The notes: generated from the sequence alone by a model not told the origin. A DNA stretch of 64,000 nucleotides from an uncultured Acidobacteriota bacterium (GCA_963789815.1 CAWBMG010000011.1:63128-127127); one strand, 5' to 3'. Counted from the stretch's first letter, positions 47,920 through 56,419 are shown. Numbers and translations: made by a program.

Positions 47920-48645
47920 ATGTCCAAAGTGCGACTCGATCAGCTCGTCGTCGAGCGTGGACTCGCGCCCTCGCGAGAGCGAGCGCGCGCACTGATTCTT
48001 GCGGCGCAGGTGGCCGTCGAAGGTGAGCCGCTGACCAAAGCCGGTGCCCAGGTCGACCCTACCGTCCATCTCAGCTTGATTGTTCCGGACCATCCATACG
48101 TGGGCCGCGGCGGGCTCAAGCTTGCGCACGCGCTCGACGCATTTCGGATCGATGTGGCGGGGCGCGAGGCGCTCGACATCGGTGCCTCCACAGGAGGCTT
48201 CACGGATGTGTTGCTGAAACGCGGCGCAACGCGCGTCGTGGCGCTCGATGTCGGCCACGGGCAGCTCGATTGGGGCCTTCGCACGGATCCGCGGGTTGTC
48301 GTCATCGAGCACCACAACGCGCGTCGCCTGACCCTCGACGATCTGCCGGGCTCGGTGGACATCGTCGTCATCGACGTGTCCTTCATTTCCCTGCGCCAGA
48401 TTCTGCCCAACGTGCCTCCCCTTCTGAAACCCGGCGCCGATGTAGTGGCGCTCGTGAAGCCGCAGTTCGAGGCCGGACGCACCGAGGTCCGCAAGGGCGT
48501 GATTCGCGATCCGGAGGTCCACTCGCGCGTCGTGGACGAGGTGGCCTCGGCGGCCGCTGAGGTAGGATTGACCCGCGTGGCCTCGACTCCTTCCCCCATC
48601 ACCGGACAGAAAGGCAACGTCGAGTTTCTGGTCCACCTTCGCTGA
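47920..48645 (+). CDS. tlyA: TlyA-family rRNA (cytidine-2'-O)-methyltransferase
   Basis: MSKVRLDQLVVERGLAPSRERARALI (S4-like) plus FtsJ-like DIGASTGGFTD. Confidence 0.85.
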   Translation: MSKVRLDQLVVERGLAPSRERARALILAAQVAVEGEPLTKAGAQVDPTVHLSLIVPDHPYVGRGGLKLAHALDAFRIDVAGREALDIGASTGGFTDVLLKRGATRVVALDVGHGQLDWGLRTDPRVVVIEHHNARRLTLDDLPGSVDIVVIDVSFISLRQILPNVPPLLKPGADVVALVKPQFEAGRTEVRKGVIRDPEVHSRVVDEVASAAAEVGLTRVASTPSPITGQKGNVEFLVHLR

Positions 48646-49547
48646 TGCCTTCCGACACAATCGCCCGCGTCGGCGTCGTGGCCAAGGCCGGCCTGCGCGC
48701 CGCAACCGATCATCTGGAGCGGCTTGCAACGTGGCTGCGCGACCGAGACATCGAGGCGGTCTACGACGCCGAGACTGCGGCGCTGGCCGGCGCAGCGCCC
48801 GAAACGATCGTCCGCTCTCGTGACGACCTGCCCAAGGAGGTCGACCTGGTGATCGTGCTCGGGGGCGATGGCACACTCCTCAGCATGGGGACCCGCATCG
48901 CGGAGGCGGGACGAGACATCCCTATCCTCGGCGTCAATTTCGGTAGCCTGGGATTCCTGACCGAGACGCGTATCGACGAGCTCTACACGTCGCTCGAGAA
49001 TGTCATCCGCGGGACTGCGGCCTACGACGAACGTGTGATGCTCGCAGCAGACGCGTATCGGAATGGCGAGCACTTCGATTCCCGCATCGTCTTGAACGAC
49101 GTGGTGTTCACCAAGGCTGCGCTGTCGCGGATGATCGAGCTGTCCGTGTCGGTGGGCAACAACCTCGTCACAAAGGTCAAGGCCGACGGCCTCATCGTCG
49201 CGAGCGCCACCGGGTCGACGGCCTATAACCTGGCGGCCGGCGGCCCGATCGTGCATCCACGCGTCGACGCGCTCGTGCTGACCCCGATCGCCCCTCACAC
49301 ACTCACCAACCGTCCGGTCGTGATCCCCGGCAGCGAGGTCATCGAAGTGCGGGCGCAGATTCACGATGCCGTCGACGACATCTTCGTGACCTACGACGGC
49401 CAGTCTGGCTATCCCCTTCAGCAGAGTGACGCCGTTCGCATCCGTAAGTCGGAGAGAACTCTGCGGCTCGTCAAAGCACCCTCACGTAGCTATTTCGAGC
49501 TGTTGCGAGAAAAGCTCAAGTGGGGGGAGAGAGGGGAAAGGGAGTAG
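48645..49547 (+). CDS. nadK: NAD kinase
   Basis: GGDGTLL and TGSTAYNLAAGGPIV motifs. The last residues (KWGERGERE) are encoded by the G-rich repeat arm. Confidence 0.9.
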   Translation: MPSDTIARVGVVAKAGLRAATDHLERLATWLRDRDIEAVYDAETAALAGAAPETIVRSRDDLPKEVDLVIVLGGDGTLLSMGTRIAEAGRDIPILGVNFGSLGFLTETRIDELYTSLENVIRGTAAYDERVMLAADAYRNGEHFDSRIVLNDVVFTKAALSRMIELSVSVGNNLVTKVKADGLIVASATGSTAYNLAAGGPIVHPRVDALVLTPIAPHTLTNRPVVIPGSEVIEVRAQIHDAVDDIFVTYDGQSGYPLQQSDAVRIRKSERTLRLVKAPSRSYFELLREKLKWGERGERE

Positions 49548-49554
49548 GGGGAAG
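49522..49554. repeat. G-rich arm of the GGGGGAAG family
   Basis: GGGGGGAGAGAGGGGAAAGGGAGTAGGGGGAAG. It contains the nadK stop codon. Confidence 0.85.
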
Positions 49555-49555
49555 A

Positions 49556-49727
49556 CCAACCTCCTCTGCATCTGCTACTAGAACGGCCGCTTCCTCCTCG
49601 TTGACAATGTCTATCCTCCGTCCCAGCTCCACCTGCGTCTGCAGCTCGTTGTTCGAGCCGTTTGAGATCCGCAAGAAGACTTCTGCCAAACGAGAAGGTC
49701 GCGGAAGGATGTAATCTTTGTTACCAC
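49556..49727 (-). pseudogene. remnant of a four-helix-bundle (23S rRNA IVS-protein family) gene
   Basis: N-terminal piece (V)VTKITSFRDLLVWQKS. In the +1 frame, C-terminal piece GSNNELQTQVELGRRIDIVNEEEAAVLVADAEEVG. The ~60 central residues of the family are missing. Confidence 0.55.
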
Positions 49728-49853
49728 ATGCGTGAACGCATGCACCTTGCCGCGCGCAAAGCGTTGACCCTCAACATGGCCGGACCTCTTCATTGCAGTT
49801 GCCGCGTACGACGACGCGGCCTGAAGGAGCAGGAACTGCCTGTATCCTGAGTT

Positions 49854-49897
49854 CCCCTCGCCCCTTCCCCCTTGCCCCCTTCCCCCTTCTCCCTCTC
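49854..49897. repeat. C-rich arm of the GGGGGAAG family (inverted relative to 49522-49554)
   Basis: CCCCTCGCCCCTTCCCCCTTGCCCCCTTCCCCCTTCTCCCTCTC. It contains the only candidate start (TTG 49872) of the DUF1697 gene. Confidence 0.85.
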
Positions 49898-50435
49898 TCG
49901 TCACTGCGCCTTCCTCCGCGCGATTAATGTGGGTGGGCACGTCGTCAAGATGGCAGACCTGCGGTGGATATTCGAATCGGTCGGCCTCACGAAAGCCGAG
50001 ACGCACATCGCCAGCGGCAACGTCGTCTTCGACGCGTCGAAGAAGGATGAGCGATCGCTGGAGAAGACACTCGAAGCCGCCCTTTTCAAGGCGCTCGGCT
50101 ATCGCGCCGCGACCTTTGTGAGATCGGTGAAGGATATCGGGGAAATCGTGCGTCACCCGCTGATTGCATCAGAAGTGGAACCGGGGGTAACGCGGTACGT
50201 CGGATTCACACGAAACGAACCATCCCCATCGGACCGACGGAAGCTCCTCTCTCTGACGAATGAGATCAACGATTTCGAGGTCTCCAAGCGAGAAGTCATC
50301 TGGACATGCCGAGCTCGCTTCAGCGAGGCCGGCTTGTCGGGCGCGGTACTAGAGAAAACGCTCGGAACCGAAGCCACGTTTCGCAACGCCACAACCGTCC
50401 GCGCCATCGCGAGGAAATACTTCTCCCTCGCCTGA
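49872..50435 (+). CDS. DUF1697 domain protein
   Basis: CAFLRAINVGGHVVKMADLRWIFESVGL is typical of DUF1697. The start codon is uncertain. Confidence 0.7.
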   Translation: MPPSPFSLSRHCAFLRAINVGGHVVKMADLRWIFESVGLTKAETHIASGNVVFDASKKDERSLEKTLEAALFKALGYRAATFVRSVKDIGEIVRHPLIASEVEPGVTRYVGFTRNEPSPSDRRKLLSLTNEINDFEVSKREVIWTCRARFSEAGLSGAVLEKTLGTEATFRNATTVRAIARKYFSLA

Positions 50436-50450
50436 TCGCCGACACAGCTG

Positions 50451-50513
50451 CCTGAGACAGCCCTCGCCCCCTTGCCCCCGCGCCCGCTTGCCCCCTTCCC
50501 CCTCGCCCCCTGA
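50451..50513. repeat. C-rich arm of the GGGGGAAG family
   Basis: CCTGAGACAGCCCTCGCCCCCTTGCCCCCGCGCCCGCTTGCCCCCTTCCCCCTCGCCCCCTGA. It shares the CCTGAGACAGCCC core (reverse complement) with 51427-51440. Confidence 0.85.
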
Positions 50514-50539
50514 CAATAGGTCACGCAAAGGAGCCGACG

Positions 50540-51391
50540 ATGACGTATCGCAAAGGTCTTTTCCTGTTCGCTGTGCTTTTCGCAACGACGGTGCTCACGC
50601 CTTTGGCACAGAGCCGACGCGAGCCGGTAAAGAGTCTGAGGCTGTACATCTTTGAGAACGGCGCCATCAAGGGCCTGGATCCGAAACTGTTCGGCTTCAC
50701 GAAGGAAGAACTGAAAGAAGTCGACTTCGTGAACATCTCTTACTTGATCGCGCACCCGAGGGGCACGCTCCAGTTCGACTCGGGCGCGGTTGCCGACAGC
50801 CACTTCAAGGGTGGAAACCCCGTCACCGAAGGCATCATGTCCGCGACCAAGCCGCTGAGACCTCAGATGGTGGCGGCCGGGTACACGCCATCCGACGTTA
50901 CGTATTTCGCGGCTTCTCACTACCACTCCGACCACATGGCCAATGCTAACGATTTTGCCGGTGCCACGTGGATCGTGCAGAAGGCGGAGCGCGATTGGAT
51001 GTTCTCGGAGAAGCCGCAAGGCATCATCAAGCCAGAAGACTACGCCGCGCTCAAGAGTGCGAAAACCAAGCTTCTGAACAACGAAGACTTTGACGTCTTC
51101 GGAGACGGCACCGTCATCATCAAATCAGCGCCGGGGCACACGCCGGGCCACCAAGTGTTGTTCGTGAAGCTTCCCAAGACGGGCCCTGTCATTCTTGCGG
51201 GCGACCTTTACCACTACCCCGAAGAGATCACGACGGGAAGGATCCCGACGTTCGAGTTCAACGCCGAGATGTCCAAAGCATCGCGCTCGAAGATTCAGGC
51301 GTTCATGAAGGAGACGGGCGCGAAGCTCTGGATCGAACACGACATCGCGACGCACGCGAAGCTGCCAAAGGCGCCCGGCTATATTGAATAG
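50540..51391 (+). CDS. MBL-fold metallo-hydrolase (N-acyl-homoserine-lactonase-like), secreted
   Basis: SHYHSDHMANAN (HxHxDH) and APGHTPGH motifs, plus a signal peptide. Confidence 0.7.
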   Translation: MTYRKGLFLFAVLFATTVLTPLAQSRREPVKSLRLYIFENGAIKGLDPKLFGFTKEELKEVDFVNISYLIAHPRGTLQFDSGAVADSHFKGGNPVTEGIMSATKPLRPQMVAAGYTPSDVTYFAASHYHSDHMANANDFAGATWIVQKAERDWMFSEKPQGIIKPEDYAALKSAKTKLLNNEDFDVFGDGTVIIKSAPGHTPGHQVLFVKLPKTGPVILAGDLYHYPEEITTGRIPTFEFNAEMSKASRSKIQAFMKETGAKLWIEHDIATHAKLPKAPGYIE

Positions 51392-51528
51392 GGGCTAGGG
51401 GGAAGGGGGCTAGGGGGAAGGGGGAAGGGCTGTCTCAGGACTTAGGCTTGCCCCCTGGGGCAGCCTCTCCCCCTTGCCCCCTTCCCCCTTGCCCCCTTTG
51501 CCCTTGCCCCCTTCCCCCTGCCCCCTGA
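51391..51528. repeat. complete GGGGGAAG-family hairpin (G arm 51391-51430, C arm ~51450-51528)
   Basis: GGGGCTAGGGGGAAGGGGGCTAGGGGGAAGGGGGAAGGGC ... CCCCCTTGCCCCCTTCCCCCTTGCCCCCTTTGCCCTTGCCCCCTTCCCCCTGCCCCC. Lies between convergent genes. Confidence 0.9.
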
Positions 51529-52562
51529 CTCTGTCTTTGCTGCCTGAAGTACTGAACCTGATACTGGTTGACGTTGCGGTTGTGCTCCTGCAGCGTTTCG
51601 GCAAAGACGTGGGACCCGTCGTTGCGGCTGACGAAATATAGATACTTCACCTGCGCCGGCGCGAGCACCGCGTCGATTGACGCTTTGCCCGGGGCCGCGA
51701 TCGGGCCAGGCGGGAGGCCTGGGTACCGGTACGTGTTGTAAGGCGAATTGAACGAGAGGTCCGCGCGGCGCAGGTTCCCGTCGTACTTCTTTGCTTTCTG
51801 CAATGCGTAGACAACGGTTGGATCGGCCTGCATCGGCATGCGGATCTTCATGCGGTTGCGGTAAACGGCGGCCACAAGTGGACGCTCGTCCGGCCTCGCG
51901 GTTTCCTTTTCGACGAGCGATGCCAGCGTCATGACTTCTCGGGTGCTCAGCCCCTCTTCCTTCGCACGCCGCTGAAGTTCGTCTGAGTAGACGGCGCGGA
52001 AGCGCTCGATCATCATCATGACCAGCTCGGTTGCAGGTGTCGCTCGAGGCACAGCGTAGGTCTCTGGAAACAGATAGCCCTCAAGGTCCGACGCCCGAGG
52101 ATCCAGATCCACGATTGACATTCGGTCGCGTGCAGCCGCCTCGAAGTCGCGCGCAGCGCCAAACCCGCGCATCTCATAGATCGCCGCCAGCTCGGGGATG
52201 GTGAGCCCTTCAGGAAATGTGATGCGCCGTGCGTACACGTCTCCGCGCGCCAATTTGTCGACGACCTCCATCGGCGTCATCGGCTCTGTGAAGAGGTATT
52301 CCCCCGCCTTCAGGCTGCGTGAGCGGCCTGTCAGTGCGACCGCCACTCGAAACGTAACAGCGTCCGAGACGACGCCGGCGTCGGCCAGGCGCCCCGCGAT
52401 TGCCGTTGTCGTCGCGCCCGGTGAAATGTCTACGATCTGTTCGGCGTCCACATAACCCTTGAACGGTTCGTGCACACGATTCCACGCGGTTCGGCCCGCG
52501 AGACCCACGACCACAACCACGAACAGGCCGACAAGGAACAGCCACTTGAACAGAGTGCGCAT
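51435..52562 (-). CDS. mltG: endolytic murein transglycosylase MltG (YceG-like)
   Basis: YceG-like sequence (SPYNTYRYPGLPPGPIAAPG). The C-terminal ~30 residues (QSQGAGGRGQGQRGQGGRGQGGEAAPGGKPKS) are read from the repeat. Confidence 0.85.
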   Translation of the reverse strand: MRTLFKWLFLVGLFVVVVVGLAGRTAWNRVHEPFKGYVDAEQIVDISPGATTTAIAGRLADAGVVSDAVTFRVAVALTGRSRSLKAGEYLFTEPMTPMEVVDKLARGDVYARRITFPEGLTIPELAAIYEMRGFGAARDFEAAARDRMSIVDLDPRASDLEGYLFPETYAVPRATPATELVMMMIERFRAVYSDELQRRAKEEGLSTREVMTLASLVEKETARPDERPLVAAVYRNRMKIRMPMQADPTVVYALQKAKKYDGNLRRADLSFNSPYNTYRYPGLPPGPIAAPGKASIDAVLAPAQVKYLYFVSRNDGSHVFAETLQEHNRNVNQYQVQYFRQQRQSQGAGGRGQGQRGQGGRGQGGEAAPGGKPKS

Positions 52563-53029
52563 CAGTCTGTGAGATCGTCGTCCAACACGACGGGACGATC
52601 GTGTGGACGGGCGTCCAGATAGTCTTGCAGAATAATGGCCGCCGCGGCAGCGTCGAGTCGCTTCTTCCGAACGCGCCAGTCCTTCTCGTGTTCGGCGAGC
52701 CGGCTATCCGCCTCGTGGCTGCTCAACCGCTCGTCTTGAAGAACGACGCGCAACCCGACACGCGCTCCGAGCTGCGCAGCGAACTTTTCGATTCGCGACG
52801 TGATGGTGGTCGGTGATCCGTCCAGCCGGCGCGGCCGACCGACGACGATCGTGTCAACCCCGTCTTCTTCGGAGGCCAACCGGGCGATCTCGACGGCCGT
52901 GTTCTCGAGGGCCTGGTTGTTGAGGGCCGGCGCCGACAACACGCCGACGGGGCGGGCCAGTGTGCACGTAGCGTCGCTGATGGCAACCCCGATACGGCGC
53001 TCTCCCACGTCCAACCCTACGGCACGCAT
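52562..53029 (-). CDS. ruvX: Holliday junction resolvase-like RuvX (YqgF)
   Basis: MRAVGLDVGERRIGVAISD. Its stop overlaps the mltG start by 1 nt. Confidence 0.85.
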   Translation of the reverse strand: MRAVGLDVGERRIGVAISDATCTLARPVGVLSAPALNNQALENTAVEIARLASEEDGVDTIVVGRPRRLDGSPTTITSRIEKFAAQLGARVGLRVVLQDERLSSHEADSRLAEHEKDWRVRKKRLDAAAAAIILQDYLDARPHDRPVVLDDDLTD

Positions 53030-53180
53030 ACCTCTATACTAGGGCCGGATTCGGCTGGGACTGCAGGGCGGAGCCCGATCAGCAATGTCGGGCGACCGCA
53101 GCGGGCGACAAAGCCCCATAGAACGCAGAGACTGAAAAAACGCTGTAGGGCCGATAAGGCGAGTAGAGGTACAGAAACGA

Positions 53181-54353
53181 GTGACGCGCGTTAGGTTTTC
53201 GTACGTGGTGGCGCTGATCGTATTGGCCCCCCACCTGCCCCATGCGCCCCACCTGTCCGACCTGCCCTTCTCGTCCCTGTTGGCGGCGCAACAGCCCGAT
53301 GCCCTTGCCCGTCAGGTGAATGACCGGATGCTTGCGTTGCAACGAGAGGCGCAGCGGCTGGCGACACAGTCGGGGACGCTCGTCGGCCAGGTGCGCAAGC
53401 TCGAGATCGAACGCGATATCCGCATCGAGCAGGCCAAACAGGCCGAGGCTGTAGTCGCCGCCGCCAAGCTAGATCTGCAAGTCATCAGCGATCGGTTGGT
53501 AGCGGTCGAGCAACACAGGGCCACTGAACTCCCCGATCTCAAGAACCAACTCGTGGACATCTACAAACGGGGGCGAACCGGCTACCTCCGGCTGCTGCTC
53601 AGGGCCAGCGACGTGCGCGAGTTTGCCCGCGCGAGCCGTGCTGTGGCCGCGCTCGCCGAGCGCGATGAACGCCTGGTCGCCGACCACAAGCGGACGGTTG
53701 TCGAGCTTCGGGCTGAGCGCACCGCGCTCGAACTGAAGATGCGCGACCTTCGTGCGCAAGAGGTCCACGCTCGCGAGGCGCGTGCCCTGGCCGAGCGTGC
53801 CGTGGGTGCGCGCTCGGCTCTCATCGAGCAGATCGATTCCCGTCGCGACCTCGCTGCCCAGTACATCGGCGAGCTACAGGTGGCCCACGAACGCATCGAG
53901 CAACAAGTCGCCGCTTTGGCCGCGGGCCGCGCGGCCGAACCTGTCACGATTCCGATCGCCCCGTTTCGGGGGACCCTCGAGTGGCCCGTCAGCGGAAGCC
54001 TCATCGGTCGGTTCGGGCAGCCCTCGGGCCGAACCGGCGGATCTCTGGTTCGAAACGGTATCGAAATCGCCGCGCCGGAGGGCACGCAGCTCCGCGCCGT
54101 CCACCCGGGCACCGTGAGCTACGCCGAAGGGTTCACCGGTTTGGGCACCGTCGTCATTGTTGACCACGGCGCCAACAATTCTTCGGTCTACGGCTACCTG
54201 TCATCCCTCGACGTCCAACGAGGTGACAGCGTCGCGGCCGGCGCCGAGATTGGCCGGGTCGGCTCCTCGCCGACCGGCGCCCCCGCCCTTTACTTTGAGA
54301 TGCGGATCGACGGGCGTTTCGTCGATCCCGTACAATGGTTAAGGCCACGTTAG
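53181..54353 (+). CDS. EnvC-like murein hydrolase activator (coiled coil plus degenerate LytM/M23 domain)
   Basis: Long coiled-coil region followed by an M23 fold. The HxxxD and HxH metal ligands are replaced (RNGIEI, YGYL, ALYFEMR). Confidence 0.65.
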   Translation: MTRVRFSYVVALIVLAPHLPHAPHLSDLPFSSLLAAQQPDALARQVNDRMLALQREAQRLATQSGTLVGQVRKLEIERDIRIEQAKQAEAVVAAAKLDLQVISDRLVAVEQHRATELPDLKNQLVDIYKRGRTGYLRLLLRASDVREFARASRAVAALAERDERLVADHKRTVVELRAERTALELKMRDLRAQEVHAREARALAERAVGARSALIEQIDSRRDLAAQYIGELQVAHERIEQQVAALAAGRAAEPVTIPIAPFRGTLEWPVSGSLIGRFGQPSGRTGGSLVRNGIEIAAPEGTQLRAVHPGTVSYAEGFTGLGTVVIVDHGANNSSVYGYLSSLDVQRGDSVAAGAEIGRVGSSPTGAPALYFEMRIDGRFVDPVQWLRPR

Positions 54354-54354
54354 T

Positions 54355-54437
54355 CAACTCCCCTCGCCCAAGAAAGCCCAACGCCCAGGGTTCGAGCCGG
54401 GACGATTGGGAGTTGGGAGTTGGGGATTGGGAGTTTA
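54355..54437. repeat. GGGAGTT-family element (degenerate left arm, intact right arm)
   Basis: CAACTCCCCTCGCCCAAGAAAGCCCAACGCCCAGGG ... GATTGGGAGTTGGGAGTTGGGGATTGGGAGTTT. The last GGGAG lies 8 nt before the ATG at 54441. Confidence 0.85.
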
Positions 54438-54440
54438 TTG

Positions 54441-55604
54441 ATGACATCTCGCACTCGACTCTGGGTCCTCGCGATATCGACTCCGGTGATTGCCTTTACC
54501 ATCATTGGCGGCTACCTCGGACAGGTCTGGGCTCGGGACGACACGTTCCAGCACCTTCGGATCTTCGAGGACGTCGTGTCGCTCGTGCTGACCAACTACG
54601 TCGAGGAGGTTGACGTTCGCCAGGCGATGCGGGGGGCGATGAAAGGGCTGGCTGACGGCCTCGATCCCGACAGCGCCTACCTCCCGCCCGATCTCGTCAA
54701 GGCAGTCGAGTCGAACTCGAGCGCGGGTCCAGCGGACGTGGGCGTCGAGCTGATCCGTCAGTACTACCTCAGGGTCGTTTCCGCACGAGACGGGTCGCCG
54801 GCCGCCAGGGCCGGGCTGCGGACCGGAGACTTCATTCGAGCAATAGACAACCGACCCACTCGAGACATGTCGGTCATCGAAGGTGCCCGCCTGCTCCAAG
54901 GCGCCCAAGGCAGCAAAGTGGCGCTGCTGGTCCTCCGTGGCAACGCGGCCGATCCCCACGAGGTGACCCTTGTGCGCGAGCGCGCCACCAGCCCCGATCT
55001 CACGTCGAAAATGGCCAACGCCACAACGGGTTACATCCGCGTCGTCGAGTTCACCAATAGCACGCCGACACGCTTGAAGCAGTCGTTTGACGCGCTGACC
55101 AAGACCGGCGCCTCGAAATTCATCGTAGACCTGCGCGGCACGGCACGCGGCGATCTGGACGACGGGTTGGCAACGGCGCGGCTATTCGTCAAGTCGGGCA
55201 CGCTGACTGTCCGCCAGATGAAGGACACGAAGGATGTTATCGCCGCGTCTGAAACCGACGCGGTGATCGCCGCTCCGGTCGAGCTCTTGGTCAGTCAAGG
55301 GACCGCCGGAGCCGCCGAAGTATTCGCCGCGGCTCTCGACGGGAACGACCGGACGGAGCTTGTTGGCGAGCGCACGCTCGGGCGCGCCGCGCGTCAGCGT
55401 CTCGTGAAACTCCCGGATGGGAGCGCCTTGCTGCTCTCGAACGTACGCTATCTCACACCAAAAAACGCTCCCATTCACGAAAAGGGTTTGCCTCCCGACA
55501 TCGAAGTGGAGGAGCCCGACGTCGAGTTTGGAAGCGGGCCGCCTCCGGGCGACGCCGTGCTCGACAAAGCGATCGAGCGTCTCGCCGAGAAGAAAGCCGC
55601 TTGA
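54441..55604 (+). CDS. S41 (C-terminal processing peptidase) homologue lacking the Ser/Lys dyad
   Basis: TM anchor, PDZ region and S41 core. The Ser position reads GTAGAAE (Gly, 55308-55310) and the Lys position reads TLGRA (Arg, 55383-55385). Confidence 0.7.
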   Translation: MTSRTRLWVLAISTPVIAFTIIGGYLGQVWARDDTFQHLRIFEDVVSLVLTNYVEEVDVRQAMRGAMKGLADGLDPDSAYLPPDLVKAVESNSSAGPADVGVELIRQYYLRVVSARDGSPAARAGLRTGDFIRAIDNRPTRDMSVIEGARLLQGAQGSKVALLVLRGNAADPHEVTLVRERATSPDLTSKMANATTGYIRVVEFTNSTPTRLKQSFDALTKTGASKFIVDLRGTARGDLDDGLATARLFVKSGTLTVRQMKDTKDVIAASETDAVIAAPVELLVSQGTAGAAEVFAAALDGNDRTELVGERTLGRAARQRLVKLPDGSALLLSNVRYLTPKNAPIHEKGLPPDIEVEEPDVEFGSGPPPGDAVLDKAIERLAEKKAA

Positions 55605-55652
55605 TCGCGGTTGATTGATCGCCCGCGAAGGCCCGAAAAATCGTCGTTTCCT

Positions 55653-55681
55653 GTTGACACGTGATCTCGCGTCGCGTATAA
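55653..55681 (+). promoter_or_regulatory. sigma70-like promoter for the HU gene (TTGACA-17 nt-TATAAA)
   Basis: TTGACA at 55653-55658, a 17-nt spacer, TATAAA at 55676-55681. AGGAG at 55751-55755 precedes the ATG at 55761. Confidence 0.6.
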
Positions 55682-55760
55682 AACCGCACGCGGGCTCAGT
55701 CGTGTCGCGCGTCCTCTCAGCTCACCTTCCCGCAAGTCGCGCACATAGCAAGGAGATCTC

Positions 55761-56033
55761 ATGAACAAATCGGAATTGATTGGAAAGATCGCCAAGGACA
55801 CGGGTTCGTCCAAGGCCTCTGCGTCAGCAGCGCTCGCGTCGCTCATTGATGGCATCACAAAGTCACTGAAGAAAGGCAATCCGATCACCTTCGTTGGATT
55901 CGGCACGTTCAAGACCGCACAGCGGAAAGCACGCACGGCACGCAATCCGCAAACGGGGGCCAGCATCAAGATTCCCAAGCGCCGTGTCGTCCGCTTCTCC
56001 GCGGGCAAAGCACTGAAAAACGCGGTCCGATAG
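55761..56033 (+). CDS. hup: HU-family DNA-binding protein
   Basis: MNKSELIGKIA...GFGTFKTAQRKARTARNPQTGASIKIP. Confidence 0.9.
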   Translation: MNKSELIGKIAKDTGSSKASASAALASLIDGITKSLKKGNPITFVGFGTFKTAQRKARTARNPQTGASIKIPKRRVVRFSAGKALKNAVR

Positions 56034-56052
56034 AAGGACCTCCCCAAGATCA

Positions 56053-56076
56053 GAGGCGGACCGCGCGGTCCGCCTC
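56053..56076 (+). terminator. intrinsic-terminator-like hairpin after the HU gene
   Basis: GAGGCGGACC-GCGC-GGTCCGCCTC is a perfect 10-bp stem, followed by a pyrimidine-rich tract. Confidence 0.65.
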
Positions 56077-56173
56077 CTTCCAAGCTCCCTTCCCCTTCTC
56101 GCTTCCCCCTGCCCCCTTCTCCCCTGCCCTCCCTTGCTCCCTTCTCCTTGCCCTTCCCCCTTCCCCCTAACCC
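56077..56173. repeat. long C-rich arm of the GGGGGAAG family
   Basis: CTTCCAAGCTCCCTTCCCCTTCTCGCTTCCCCCTGCCCCCTTCTCCCCTGCCCTCCCTTGCTCCCTTCTCCTTGCCCTTCCCCCTTCCCCC. Confidence 0.9.
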
Positions 56174-56225
56174 TTTGCGGTTGTTATACTGACCGTTCGG
56201 TTTAAAGCCCGATTTCGCAACAGAT

Positions 56226-56302
56226 AGGCGCGTAGCTCAGTTGGTTAGAGCGCCTCCCTGACACGGAGGAGGTCAGTGGTTCGAGTCCACCCGCGCCTAC
56301 CA
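56226..56302 (+). tRNA. tRNA-Val (anticodon GAC), CCA encoded
   Basis: Hand-folded cloverleaf. Acceptor AGGCGCG/CGCGCCT, D arm GCTC-AGTTGGTTA-GAGC, anticodon arm CCTCC-CTGACAC-GGAGG, T loop TTCGAGT. There is one mismatch in the T stem. Confidence 0.85.
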
Positions 56303-56419
56303 TTCGACTCGGACCGCGCGCTCGCGCGGACCTCGCTCATGGCAAGCCGAGTCGAATGTCCTGAGCGAACGCAGTGAGCCGAAGGGCACTGAACGATTGA
56401 GCAGTCGTCCGCGATCTTC

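Noticed and set aside
47940-49364. 474-aa ORF on the minus strand
   Set aside because: Antisense to tlyA and nadK, which both have clear family motifs. Low-complexity Arg/Ser/Thr-rich translation.
56303-56419. T-box riboswitch upstream of thrS
   Set aside because: The spacer is only 117 nt. I could not find a specifier-loop/T-box consensus arrangement, so it is too short for a T-box leader.
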